Shown here: positions 1-12,340 of the stretch, in pieces | How positions within the stretch are numbered: position 1 is the first letter of the stretch | Layout of the letters: each line of letters opens with the position of its first letter | Origin: Eledone cirrhosa | Taxonomy: Eukaryota | DNA length: 64,000 nucleotides | Reading direction: 5' to 3' | Assembly (NCBI GenBank): GCA_964016885.1 | Contig: OZ024748.1 | Coordinates: 24,242,001-24,306,000 of the forward strand | Translations under genes and position numbers: made by a program | Notes under the pieces: model-generated | What the model saw: the letters and a program-made list of their open reading frames with translations, nothing else | Told to the model about the DNA's origin: nothing | Database searches by the model: none

Positions 1-291
1 TGTTTAGGAGTTAGTGAGGTGTGATAATGTTTTCTTTATATTTTTGTTTTTCTGCTGTTAAATGAGACAAACCCGACACGACCCCACCTCCTCTTCTCAC
101 ACCATTGGTCGATGTTGTTGGGGTTTATAGCCGTATCAAGGATGCCGTATCAACATTCACGGATTTGATGTGAGGTGTCTTAGCAGCACGTGGATAACGA
201 CGTTTGGGGTATTTCGAAACGAAATATACACATATACACAAACACACACTCACTCACTCACACACACACACATACTCACACATACACACAC

Positions 292-327
<36 letters not shown>

Positions 328-669
328 TCACTCAACACACACACACACACACTCACACACATACAGAGAAATCAATAACACACACACCCTATTACTTAGC
401 TGCTTCACCTCTTTTATGAATGCTAATCAATTATCTTCAATTCTCGCGGCCCGGTCAATGTTCTGTTGTCGGTCAAATTAATCGATTTTCTTCTCTTTTC
501 TTTCTCTTTCTCTCTCTCTCCTTTCTTTCTTTGTTAATCTCTATCTGTCTGTGTGTCGCCCATCTTTTCTGAAGTCAATCAATGTCTTTCAACACTGTAA
601 ATGGCTGGAATGTTGACTGACCAGTCGGCTACGATTGACCGCTAACTTCGCTCTACCCATCCTTCAACC

Positions 670-2050
670 CAACCACCACCACTACACCACCACCACCACA
701 TCACACCACCACCACACCACCCCAACACCACCATCCTACCACAACCACCCACCATCACCACCACCACCACCACCACCACCACCGCCACCACCACAGCACC
801 CCAACACCACCATCCTACCACACCACCACCACCACCACACCACCATCACCGTCACCCCCATCAATACCCCATCACCACCACACTACCCCGCCACCACACT
901 TCTGTATAGCCTTACTCCTATTAAAAATCATTCATCTGAAAAGATTTCAGTCGAATCATCAAAGAATGCCGCCTTCGTGTTCCGGTTGAGTGAAAAGGAA
1001 GCAACGGTCGTCGTAAAAGTTTCTCTGGCTAAGAATGACCTTGAAACATGTCGTCCAAAGCCTTACCAACCACTGACCACAGCACTAGTGACCAATACCA
1101 TCACCACCACGAACCATCAGCACCACCAGCACCACCATTACCACACCACCACACCACCACCACCAGCACTACCAACACCACCACCACCACCACCACCACC
1201 ACCACCACCACCATTACCACACCACCACCACCACCACCACAACCATTACCATCACCACCACCAGCACCACCAGCGCCACCATTACCACACCACCACCACC
1301 ATTACCACACCACCATCACACCACCAGCACCACCACCACCACACCACCACACCACACCACACCACCACCACCACCACCACACCACCACACCACACCACAA
1401 CCACCACCATTACCACACCACCACACCACCACCATTACCACACCACCACCATTACCACACCACACCACCACACCACCACACCCACACCACCACACCACCA
1501 CCACACCACACCACCACCACCATTACCATACCACCACACCACCACCACACCACACCACCACCACCATTACCATACCACCACACCACACCACCACACCACC
1601 ACACCACCACCACCACCACCATTACCACACCACCACCACCACCATTACCACCACACCACCACACCACCACTACCACACCACCACACCACCACACCACCAC
1701 ACCACCACCACCATTACCACACCACCACCTCCACCACCATTACCACACCACCACCATACCACCATCACACCACCACCACACCACCACCATTACCACTACG
1801 CCACCAATTTACAATAGTAATTCGGAGTTGAATACACCAAGATCGTTTCTCCAAATGACCACCGGACATTAGCACATTATTCCTCCACAGCGCCTCCGCC
1901 ATCACTACACTACTACCACATTCCCAACAACCACCGCCACAATTACCACCACCACCACAACTAGCACCATCATCACCATCATCACCACTACCACCACCAC
2001 AACTACCACCATCACCACCATCACCATCACCACCACTACAAACATTACTA
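670..2050. repeat. (CAC)n-rich low-complexity blocks
   Basis: CAC/CACAC/CATTAC repeats interrupted by short unique stretches (905-1090, 1805-1900). Confidence 0.95.
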
Positions 2051-2297
2051 CCTTATATACCTCTCCCCCCCACTCTACCTCACTTATGTCCAGACTAACA
2101 GCTAAGTCAACCACCTCCCTAGGTCCCCCCCCCCCCCCACCCTCTCACATGTCACCTACCGTAACTAACCAGCTCCCACCACCACCACATTCCTGTCCTT
2201 CCTTCCGCAAGACCCCTCCTCATCAAATTCATCTCCAAACAAACCTTGTCATTTGCAAGATACACAACTACTACCAGCAATATCACCCCACCTCACA

Positions 2298-2947
2298 CCA
2301 CTGGTACCCACACAACAAGCACTACTATCCTCCACTCCACCCCACTGGTACCCACACGACAAGCACTACTATTCTCCACCCCACCCACCCCACTGGTACC
2401 CACACAACAAGCACTACTATCCACCCCACCCCACTGGTACCCACACAACAAGCACTACTATCCTCCACCCCACCCCACTGGTACCCACACAACAAGCACT
2501 ACTATCCTCCACCCCACCCCACTGGTACCCACACAACAAGCACTACTATCCACCCCACCCCACTGGTACCCACACAACAAGCACTACTATCCTCCACTCC
2601 ACCCCACTGGTACCCACACGACAAGCACTACTATTCTCCACCCCACCCCACCCCACTGGTACCCACACAACAAGCACTACTATTCTCCACCCCACCCACC
2701 CCACTGGTACCCACACAACAAGCACTACTATCCTCTACCCCACCCCACTGGTACCCACACAACAAGCACTACTATCCTCCACCCCACCCCACTGGTACCC
2801 ACACAACAAGCACTACTATCCACCCCACCCCACTGGTACCCACACAACAAGCACTACTATCCTCCACCCCACTGGTACCCACACAACAAGCACTACTATC
2901 CACCCCACCCCACTGGTACCCACACAACAAGCACTACTATCCACCCC
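2298..2947. repeat. Minisatellite, ~41-44-bp unit, ~15 copies
   Basis: CCCCACTGGTACCCACACAACAAGCACTACTATCCTCCACCCCA repeated. Confidence 0.95.
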
Positions 2948-3998
2948 ATCCCAATCATCAGTGCCACCACAACTATCACCACTGTACAACTAAACACAGA
3001 CACAGCTTCTCTAAACAAGAAGGAATACTCGTCTCATTGTCTTTGAAAAAAAAAACGAAACGACACATTTCCCAATGTAATCCGGAGTCTGAAGGACGAC
3101 TAGATGGAATGGTCATGGCTGGAATGTATTGATCTATTTGATCAGGGCTAATTTGAATGGGTTAAACAAAGACAATAATATCTTGAGCCCTAGCTGGTCA
3201 GAGAGCACTCGCCCACCCCCACCTCGACTTCCATCGTTTGGGTAGCGAGCTTTCAGTACCCTTTTGGAATTACACACCACACAATATATGTTTTCTTCTT
3301 CGACCACTTATTCCTGGGAGGGTCGTGAGGGCTGAGTCCTGAAGCACGTCTTCCAGCCCATATTTATCTACCTATATCTATATTAAACAAATAGTTTATC
3401 GCTCTGCATGGCTGGATACAATAAATGTAATCTGAGTTTTTCGAATATTAATGATAATATTCGATTCGTTTGCAATTATGCAAACAACCTCTTTAAAGCC
3501 ATGTCCGCAGAATGACTCCATCATTCTTAATCTTGTGTTGGCATGTAAACAGAACTGCAGACAGTATACTGCTTACCTGCCAACTGCCAGAGCTAGTGAA
3601 AAGGTATGATATTTTCTAAAATATACAGTGACTGATCGATCTGATTTGCATATTAGCAGACTGCCTGATCAGTCAGATCTGCATATCAGCAGACCGACTG
3701 ATCAGCCAGATTTGCATATCAGCAGATAGGCCAGTCAGTTTCATGTATACGAGCGATTAATGGCCGGCTTTGCCATAAACAAATAACAAACAAATATATA
3801 TATATATATATATATATAAATTAATAAAGTAATGAATAAACAAAGAAACAGTTCTTTATATCAAAAAAATTCATCATTTTACGATCGTTTCTAGGATATA
3901 TATATATATATATATACATATATAAATTTGATTAAAATAACAGGAGGCCGGATTGGTTTTATCCCTTTAAAGTTTTACTGTTGCAAAAAAAAACAAAA

Positions 3999-4061
3999 AA
4001 ACTATATATATTTCAATAGCCTAGTTACGTAAGATAAGATCTTGGCGACATCATCAGGTTC
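3999..4061 (-). ncRNA. Hammerhead motif, family related to 63613
   Basis: GAAC-CTGATGA-TGTCGCC..GGCTATT-GAAA-TATATATA^-GTTT. Confidence 0.55.
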
Positions 4062-4731
4062 GGATTGCATCGTAACTACTCAATCTGTAAAGGAAATTGC
4101 GACACAGACAAACAGTGAATAGAGACAAGGGAAAATATTTGATTTGGAGATGGCTTGCGAAATCGGTGTTATTGTTTCGGCAGACAACTGCTGAAACAAT
4201 AACACCGATTTCGCAAGTGTAATCTGGGATGCTTCAGGATGTTGAGTGCTTACCTCAGGATACTTTGAGATCTACTAATTACAATGCTCTAACTGGACGT
4301 CTACATGCATATTATTTAGCTTTATTTACATTTTAACAACAAATTAGCTTGAAATTATACATACAGAGGTCACACCCCTTAGATATAGATGCATTTTCAT
4401 AAGGAAAAGCATGAGAAAGTTTATGCTAAGAAAGGGAGTATTCAATATTCTTATTTTTAAGCAACTTATGAAAATGCATCTATACCTAAGGGCTGTGACC
4501 ACTGTACCACAGAGATTCTTCACATCATAGACAATAGACAAATAATTATAAATAAACGCTCGGAGATTTTTAGTTCTTGTCTTCACAAATTCAGCAAAAC
4601 TTTTCATAGGTTATTTAGTCAAAATTTAAATAAAGCTAAATAGACTATGAAATAACCAATATAGTTGTATATAGTTTCAAGCTAATTTGTTGTTAAAATG
4701 TAAACAAAGCTAAATAGACTATGAAATAAGT

Positions 4732-4911
4732 AATATAATTGTTTCTAGTTTAGGCACAAGGCCAGCAATTACCCAGTACATTACTGGTACTTTATTTTAT
4801 CGACCCCGTAAGGATGAAAGGCAAAGTTAACCTCGGCGGGATTTGAACTCAGACTGTAAAGGGACGTAACTATGCTAGAAAGCATGGCGTCCGACCCACT
4901 ACCGATACTGC
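4732..4911 (-). mobile_element. SINE family 1 copy
   Basis: Reverse complement of the 57814 element; B-box GAGTTCAAATCCC. Confidence 0.85.
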
Positions 4912-5191
4912 TTCATTATAACTTTAACATCTAGCTTACATATTAAATAGTATCTAAGTGAATTAAATCTAACATAAAATGATAAAGTAAGCTACAATAC
5001 ATACATCATTTCCTTTGAACTAATTGTTTAATCCGGTAACATGATACCCTAGTCAGTTCAAAAAAATAGCAACCCCAAACTGTTAAGTAGTTTTCCACTC
5101 ATATAATATTTACTAAATTTACAATTGTAAAAATAAACAAAGATGAATACGAAATTAGTAACTTAAATTTTTTCTTTATTATATAGTTACA

Positions 5192-5381
5192 TTGTTGGAT
5201 TGGCAGTATCGGTAGAGGGTCGGACGTCATGCGTTGACGCATAGAGTTATGGCCCTTGCCATTCTGAGTTCAAATCCCGCCGAGGTTAACTTTGCCTTTC
5301 ATCCTTACGGGGTCGATAAAATAAAGTACTAGTAATGTACTGGGTAATTGTTGGCCTTGTGCCTAAAGTAGAAACAATTAT
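5192..5381 (+). mobile_element. SINE family 1 copy
   Basis: TGGCAGTATCGG A-box, GAGTTCAAATCCC B-box, same body, ATT tail. Confidence 0.88.
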
Positions 5382-5683
5382 AACTTTAGTATATTTGAAT
5401 AAAATTTTAAATTTCTATAATTTTGATTAGTATCTAATTTAATCTAACAAAAGTGATAAATTAAATAGACTAACAGTCCATACTTGTTTTCTTTTTATTT
5501 ATTTGACCAATCCGGTTACCTCATACTTTAGCCAGTTCAAAAACGCCAACACCAACTGTAATATTTTTCCCACTCATATAATATCTTGTGTCGAGGTCTT
5601 TTCCAGGTATGTGTTTGCCGGTCGGTGAACTGAATAGCTCGTCTGACCGCCTGCATATCAAATGATATCTATATCATCTGTGG

Positions 5684-5758
5684 ATTTTATCTGAAGAGAA
5701 CATGTTTTGACTTATGCTATACATAAGCCATTCATCTTCGAAATACGTAGAATAAAAT
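5684..5758 (+). ncRNA. Hammerhead motif, probably inactivated (U16.1>G)
   Basis: ATTTTAT-CTGAAGA-GAA..CTTATG/CATAAG..TTC-GAAA-TACGTA-GA-ATAAAAT. Confidence 0.6.
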
Positions 5759-5807
5759 AAATAGGGATGGACTAAAGTAAATGTCTTTTTTGTTTATTAT
5801 TATATAT

Positions 5808-5927
5808 TGAGTTCAAATCCCGCCGAGGTTAACTTTGCCTTTCATCCTTACGGGGTCGATAAAATAAAGTACCAGTAATGCACTGGGTATTTGCTGGCCT
5901 TGTGCTTAAAAGTAGAAACAATTATTA
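5808..5927 (+). mobile_element. SINE family 1, 5'-truncated
   Basis: Starts at the B-box; same body and tail. Confidence 0.85.
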
Positions 5928-6180
5928 TATATATATAACAAAGAGGGCGTGGTAAGATACTAGATGGCCCATAACGCACCTGAGTACTCAATACTTAGGG
6001 TAGTAGTGGGATAATATAAAAATAGTCAGGAGCCCGACGGCTGAGCTCCGGCTGTTTCGACAGCAAGATCCGGATCTAGCTGTCGAAACGGCCGGAGCTC
6101 AGCCCTCAGGGTCCTGTTTCTTTTCATATATATAGGGAAAGTGAATGATGGAGAAAGAGCGAAATAGGTAGGCGGTAGGC

Positions 6181-6212
<32 letters not shown>

Positions 6213-6429
6213 TATTTCTTTATTTACCATAAAGGCATAAGAAGAAGGGACAAATACAAAGGGGGAGTTTACATAAAACCGAGTAAAAAGGGTATAAAAT
6301 GAAAATAATCGAAAACAACCTCAAAAGGGAGGGGACGTGATGGGGGTTGCACACACCCCCGAAAAAGTGTGCAATCCTTTTCCCGGGGAGCACATGGAGA
6401 AGGTGCTCCCTTCTCCTTCACTTCTTTAC

Positions 6430-9400
6430 CTACAGGATGGTATACAGAGAAGGCCCATTTACATGAGCCATTCTCGCCCCTATAACCCACCTTTCATAAA
6501 ACTGCCTGTAGCCAAGCACCTCTCTCTCCATTCTTATCCTTCTTCCGAAGTGATATCGGAAGAAGTAGACCAGACTATGGCCAGAGAGGAAGTTGCCTGA
6601 CCTCAGACCTTTCAATCGTGTCCACCAAACAACCTCTTTCAACATGGCTATTACGCACAGAAAAACCGCCTTTGCTTCCTTTGTGAAGAGGGGAGGCGGC
6701 TTGATTGTCATCACGGACTCGGCGGTCAATCGAATCGGCGCCACCCGCGACAGCAGTCGTTCGGCGTAGCCCCACAGATCAGCCACGCCCGGACATTGCA
6801 CCAATGCGTGCGCAACGGTTTCTTCGTGACGCACGCATCTAGGGCAAATCTTTTTCGAGGGATCCCTGCCCGGGCGCCCGTGTCTGTAGAGCCTTTCTCG
6901 AACGGGTAGAGCCCCCCGGTAGCACTGCCAGGCTAATGACTTCTGGAAGTTGTCCATTGGTCCTGGGCCGAAAGTCCTACCGAACAGGCTGGCCAGCTCG
7001 TCCTCTTCCATGTCCAGCGACTCTCCAAGGGTGTCATCGCCCCTGCTAGCCACCAGCCCTCTATAGAATGACGAGGTGGATTCTCCACCGATGGCCAGGT
7101 CCGCTTGCCAGAGAGCCCTGAGCGCCTGGGCACACTCAGTGTGCCAGTCTCCCAGTTTTCCGGATCTTTGCTTGACCCAGGACTGCAGCTCGGTGAGCGA
7201 GACGAGTCTCGGAAAGGCTCGTTTCACGAACGGAGCCCACACCGGTTGACCAGTGAGGAATACATGTAGGTGCCGTAGCCTTAATGCGTGCCTACGCATC
7301 ATCAACCACGGCATCCCCAGCCCTCCTTTCGAAGGTTGTTGGCAGCAGATGGATCTTCTCACCATAGGAGGGCGCTTCTTCCAAAGAAATTGAAAGAGCA
7401 TGCGTTCCATGGTGGTGAGTGTTTCCTTAGGGCAAGGCACGACAGTCAGGCGGTAGTAGGTGACGGACGCTATGTAAATGTTCGCCACCTCCGCCCGACC
7501 TTTTATGGACAGCTTACACTTGGCCCGTTTCTGGGTTAGTGCAAACACCTTGTTCGTAACCTCACCCCAGTTCTTTTCCACCTGGAGGTCCGGTCCAAAC
7601 CAGACCCCAAGCACCTTCACCGGGCCCCCCGTCCAGTGTCCGACGACACCGTCGGGAGGCATCGGTCTGCCTCTCCACGTTCCGAGTTGCAGCTCGATGG
7701 ATTTTTCCCGGTTCAGTTTCGCTCCTGACAACCTTTCGTATTCCTCCAGTAAGGTACCGATCGCCTCGATCTCCGAGTCGGTCGATACCATTACTGTTAC
7801 GTCATCGGCGTAGGCCGACACCGCTTTGCTCAATTCCAGGGGGATACCCTGCAACAACTCCAACTTCCTCAGTAAAGGCTCGAGAGTCAATACGTACAGA
7901 AGGGAGGAGAGAGGGCAATCCTGTCGAATGGATCGTGTGATTTCGAACGGCTTCGAAAGGTAGCCGTTCACCTTGATCCTAGAACAGATGAGGTTGCTAT
8001 GTAAGGCAGTGATCCAGCCTCTGAAAACAGGACCGAACCCAGCCGCCGCTAGCACCGCATCCAGGTAACCATGGTCGACCCTATCGATCGCCTTAGACTG
8101 ATCCAAGTTGATCAGGGCCCCACCGAAGCCGGGTTTGTTGCCAACCCTCTCTATGATGTATCGCATGAGGTGGAGGTTGTCGCGAATGGACCTGGATAGG
8201 ATAGCACATGTCTGCGCATCTCCCACCAGGCCACCCACGACAAGCGCCAACCTCTTTGCTAACACCTTGGCCAAAATCTTTAACTCTGTGTTTAGCAGGG
8301 TTATGGGCCGAAAATTATTTATACTATCCCCCTTGTTCTCGTCCTTCCTCACCAGCGAGACTACGTCCTTGGCTACAGAACAAACAATTCTCCCGTTCTG
8401 TTGCCAATTGCAGTAGACTGCTTCGAGGAGTTCGGAGAAGACCGGCATTGCTAAATAAAGTTCGTAACGTATACCATCGAGACCTGGAGATTTGCGTCTG
8501 CTGCATTGGCTCAGCGCATCCCCGATCTCATCAGCCGAGATTGGTCCTTCGCAGGACTCTGCCTCTTTGCTCGAGAGACGCGGCAGGCCGTCGAGGTATG
8601 GACCGAAATCCACGTCCCCGTCCGGACCTTCGCCTCCCCCGAACTATCGGGCAAAGTGCCTTTGAAAGGCCTCGCACATCTGCTTAGGCTCCCGGATCTG
8701 CCGTCCATCCTCGTCTTGCAAAGACCGGATGGTGGATCGATTTCCACTCTTAGCTTCTGTCACGCGGGCTCAGCCAACGGCTTTGGCCCCCTCATTACCT
8801 AGAGCACGTATTTTACTTCGAATGACGCAGCCTTCGTGCTTTGCATCGAAAAACTGGCTCAAGGCCGTCCTCGATGCCAGCATTCTGGCCACATCTTCGC
8901 TCTTGATTGCCTCTTCTAATTTACCTGTTAATTCTTTCTCGTTCCTATTCCTATCGGCGGCTAACATCTTGCTATAACTTATTGATTCTGTTCTAATCTC
9001 TCTTTTGAGAGATGCCCACCATTGGTTGTTGACGATTGCACCCGTCAACCTCTCCTTAACTAATCTGCTAATCTGGTTTCTGTAAGTCTCTTTTGCTGGT
9101 AAAGACAAATTAAGTTTCCAGTAACCGGGACCCTGTCTATGTGTTTTCTCGAGATTGACTACGCAGGTCACTAATTTGTGATCTGTATAGCCAACCGTGA
9201 GCATTTCTGGACAGCTTAATATGTCTCTATCCTTACTTCTAACTAAGAATCTATCTAAGTACGATCTAGATTGACCACTGTGGTTTCTCCATGTCCAGGT
9301 AGGCACAGTTGGAAAATCTAGTCGATATCTATCGACCAAGTTAAAACGGTCGAGTAACCCCTTGAGGCTGTTACACGCCCCTCTATTAGGACATGCTCCT

Positions 9401-9858
9401 GCATAGTCCCAACGTGCATCTAGGATGTCATTCCAATCCCCCGCTAGAAGCAAGGAACGCGACGTTCCCAGAAAAGTCTCCAGACGCTGGAAGAAGTCGG
9501 GTCGTTCAGCTCCGAAAGGGGAGTAGACGGCGACAAGTCTCAAGGCCGCACCTTCACTACTGCCAACGTCTAGCACCAACAAACGACCCTCCGGGTCCGA
9601 GTGAACAACCTGTACGGCGAGACCCAGGTGTTTTTCCAGCAGTACGACAACCCCACCCCCACCTCCAGGTTGACAGAGAGATGCATGCACCTCAAAGTCA
9701 TCGAAGGTAGGGGCCAGCTGCCGCACGACGCTGATTCGAGTCTTACAGATAACCATTACATTTATACCACGTGACCTGAGGTCATTTAGAAGCTTTGCTT
9801 GCTTCCAAGTTGAGCCCAGGCCACGTGCATTCAAACACCCTACTCTTAACACATCCAT
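6430..9858 (-). pseudogene. ORF2 (APE endonuclease-reverse transcriptase) of copy A, inactivated
   Basis: LNARGL/GDWN/SYLDRF/TDH endonuclease motifs, YADD, CPRC..H..C. In-frame stops at ~8770 (TGG>TGA) and ~8645 (TTG>TAG); ICKTR, KAIDRV and RQDCP replace ICETR, KAFDRV and RQGCP of copy B. Confidence 0.92.
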
Positions 9859-9891
9859 GTGGGCGGCAAAGCCAAAGGAGAGTGTAGAGAC

Positions 9892-11796
9892 CTACCTTTC
9901 TGCTTCCCGGGGTTCAGGTCGCACGACTTCCATGGGGTCGGGGGTGTTGGGTGAAGGGGTGTCTTGTGGTGGTGTGGGGTCGTCAGTGTGTGGTGGGGTG
10001 GGGGTGTTTGGAGTTGTGTTGGGGAGGGGAAGGAGAGGGGGAAAGCTTTTTAGTAGGACGCGGTTTATGGGTTTGACAGAGGGTGGTCCTACGTCCTCCT
10101 TAAAATCCTTTTTTAGTTTTTGGTAAAGGTTCATTGGGATCTTTATTAATTTTAAATGTAGGTAGTTTTCTGAAGAAACAAAGTTTACCCCTTCGGTTTG
10201 TACCGAAGGGTTATTGTTTATGAGTTCATTTAATTTATTATTGTTTCTGTTGATGTAAGTATAGTGTAATGTCTTTTTTTCGGATGGTGTGAGTGTTTCG
10301 AAGAGGGGAGGGGCAGGTTTGGTTTTGTTTGTTGCTGGAGGGGTGTTTTGTGTTTTGTTGGATTGTGTTGACATTTGGGTAGGGGTTGTTTGGCCTTGTG
10401 TGTTTTGCACATGTTTTCTTTTTTTCCTTTTAATCTGTCTGAAGGACTCCGTTTCTTCCTCCGAATTCGTTGGGTTATCTTCAGTGTTGGAGGGAAGAGG
10501 TATGTTTGCTGGTAATGTTTCCGTGGTTTTCTTTGTGGGGGAGATGGATGTCACTATGTTAGACTGTGTTGTGTGTTGTGGCTGCGGTAGTTGTGTTGTT
10601 TTATTGAGTGAGGGGTTGGGTGGGACTGTGTTTTGTTTTTGGGTAATGTGTTGTGTCTGTTTGTGTTGTGGTGGTGGTGTAGTTTTACTGAGAGACGGGT
10701 TGGGTGGGACTGAGTTTTGTTGTTTGTTTATCTTCTGTGGTGGTGGTGGAGCTGCTGTTGGTAGCAGGGTTTTCTTCTTGTTGAGTTGGGGACAAGCCGC
10801 CTTCAGGTGCCCTCTGCCTGCACAGATATGACAGGACGGCCTTCTCCCCTCCACGCTAATGTTTATATACCCGCGGCCCTCTAATAGGATTCTGTCGGGT
10901 ATTTGGGCAATGCGTTCAGGCTTCATTTGCACTACAAGTTCTATACCTGTTCCACTGAACGCATTGCCTGTGGTTTTCCCAATGGAAATCACGTTGTCAT
11001 TCACTGTATCGATGAAGCCAGCTATGAGCCAGCAGTAGTCCACATCTGGCATCATCGCATCTAGCCATATGCGCTGATTTCTTTTACACATATAAGATGG
11101 ATAAAAGGTAAAATTTGTCGAACGAATCGGCGACAAAGCATATTTTTTTGCCGCTGATTCGTTCTTCATAATAATCGCTAGGCTTCCATACAGTCTGTCT
11201 CTTCTTATGAAAGTGGTTTCATTAAGTACTTCTGTAAGTACTGCTTTAATTTCTGCTTGTGTTGGTTGTTGAGGTTTTTTAGAGATGTTGTTGATGGTGC
11301 GGAAAACGACCGTCCGACTTTCAATATCTTTGGTGAGTTCTTGAGGCATTTTTACCGATAAGGTACCATTTTCCCCTTGAGTTATGTATTGTTTGGCGTT
11401 TTTAATTCTTTGTGCTACATCTGAAATATTTTCAGGTATATATGTTAAAGATTTCTTTGTTGTTTGTGCAAATGAAATATTATTGGTGTTGACTTTGTCG
11501 TCTGCTTTGCTTTCTGTTACGATGTTGTTTTCAAATGTTATTTTTGTGTTTGTTGTGTCTTTGTTTGTGGTATTAATATTGTCATGCAATTTTTTCAAAT
11601 TTTTTTTGTTGTTGGAATCAATGTCCAGATTTGTGTTTTCGTCATTTTTCTTCGCACATTCGTCTGTTTTTCTTTCATTTTTTCTTTCCTTCTCTATGAC
11701 GTTAGTTGGGAAGGAATGGGGGGGGACTAAAGCGTGCGAGCTTACAACTCTTACCTCTGTCCCACCACCACTATTTTCGTTAGCTTCGTTTAACAT
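9892..11796 (-). CDS. LINE ORF1 protein (634 aa, nucleic-acid binding, gag-like zinc knuckle), uninterrupted
   Basis: Open ORF upstream of ORF2; CHICAGRGHLKAAC = CX2CX4HX4C; basic KRKKRK patch; homologous to ORF1 remnants in copies B-D. Confidence 0.9.
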   Translation of the reverse strand: MLNEANENSGGGTEVRVVSSHALVPPHSFPTNVIEKERKNERKTDECAKKNDENTNLDIDSNNKKNLKKLHDNINTTNKDTTNTKITFENNIVTESKADDKVNTNNISFAQTTKKSLTYIPENISDVAQRIKNAKQYITQGENGTLSVKMPQELTKDIESRTVVFRTINNISKKPQQPTQAEIKAVLTEVLNETTFIRRDRLYGSLAIIMKNESAAKKYALSPIRSTNFTFYPSYMCKRNQRIWLDAMMPDVDYCWLIAGFIDTVNDNVISIGKTTGNAFSGTGIELVVQMKPERIAQIPDRILLEGRGYINISVEGRRPSCHICAGRGHLKAACPQLNKKKTLLPTAAPPPPQKINKQQNSVPPNPSLSKTTPPPQHKQTQHITQKQNTVPPNPSLNKTTQLPQPQHTTQSNIVTSISPTKKTTETLPANIPLPSNTEDNPTNSEEETESFRQIKRKKRKHVQNTQGQTTPTQMSTQSNKTQNTPPATNKTKPAPPLFETLTPSEKKTLHYTYINRNNNKLNELINNNPSVQTEGVNFVSSENYLHLKLIKIPMNLYQKLKKDFKEDVGPPSVKPINRVLLKSFPPLLPLPNTTPNTPTPPHTDDPTPPQDTPSPNTPDPMEVVRPEPREAER

Positions 11797-12048
11797 TTCT
11801 GTCAGACGATTGAAATTTTATGCCACAAAATTTTTAAAAACAGGTTTTTCACCCCTGGGAGGGGCGAAGATGAGCTGACCCACCGCCTGAGAGTTCAGAC
11901 GGGGGGTCAAGCTACACAATAGTATCAAAATTAAAATTGAACTTACAAAATTTCCGCAATAAATTGGAACAAAACTTCTGCGCGAAGTGAATTACATCTA
12001 CGCTGTAGAACAGACGACAGCTAGATTAATAGATAGATAGATAGATAT

Positions 12049-12126
<78 letters not shown>

Positions 12127-12340
12127 TTCTTTATTTACCATAAAGGCATAAAAAGAAGGGACAAATACAAAGGGGGAGTTTACATACAATCGAGTAAAAA
12201 GGGTATAACATGAAAATAAGCGAAAATAACCTCAAAAGGGAGCGGACGTGATGGGGGTTGCACACACCCCCGAAAAAGTGTGCAATCCTTTGCCCGGGGA
12301 GCACATAGAGAATGTGCTCCCTTCTCCTTTACTTCTTTAC

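Larger units (their letters stand above)
6215..12030 (-). mobile_element. Tx1/L1-clade non-LTR retrotransposon, copy A (full length, ~5.8 kb)
   Basis: 5'UTR, ORF1 (CCHC knuckle), ORF2 (APE endonuclease, RT YADD, C-terminal CX2CX8HX4C), and a 3'UTR ending AATAAAGAAAT; (GATA)n on both sides (6184-6212, 12031-12126). Confidence 0.95.

Noticed and set aside
635-3132. Long Pro/His/Thr-rich ORFs (extensin- or mucin-like)
   Set aside because: Open in several frames only because CAC repeats and the minisatellite lack stops; no coding evidence
3570-3625. Minus-strand micro-exon ending CAG|GTAAGC
   Set aside because: Isolated splice-like motif with no supporting frame or partner exons
4344-4607. 87-aa ORF inside the inverted repeat 4312-4716
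   Set aside because: No recognisable motif; lies in a rearranged repeat relic
5192-5290. tRNA gene
   Set aside because: A and B boxes are present but there is no cloverleaf, and it continues into a multi-copy SINE body
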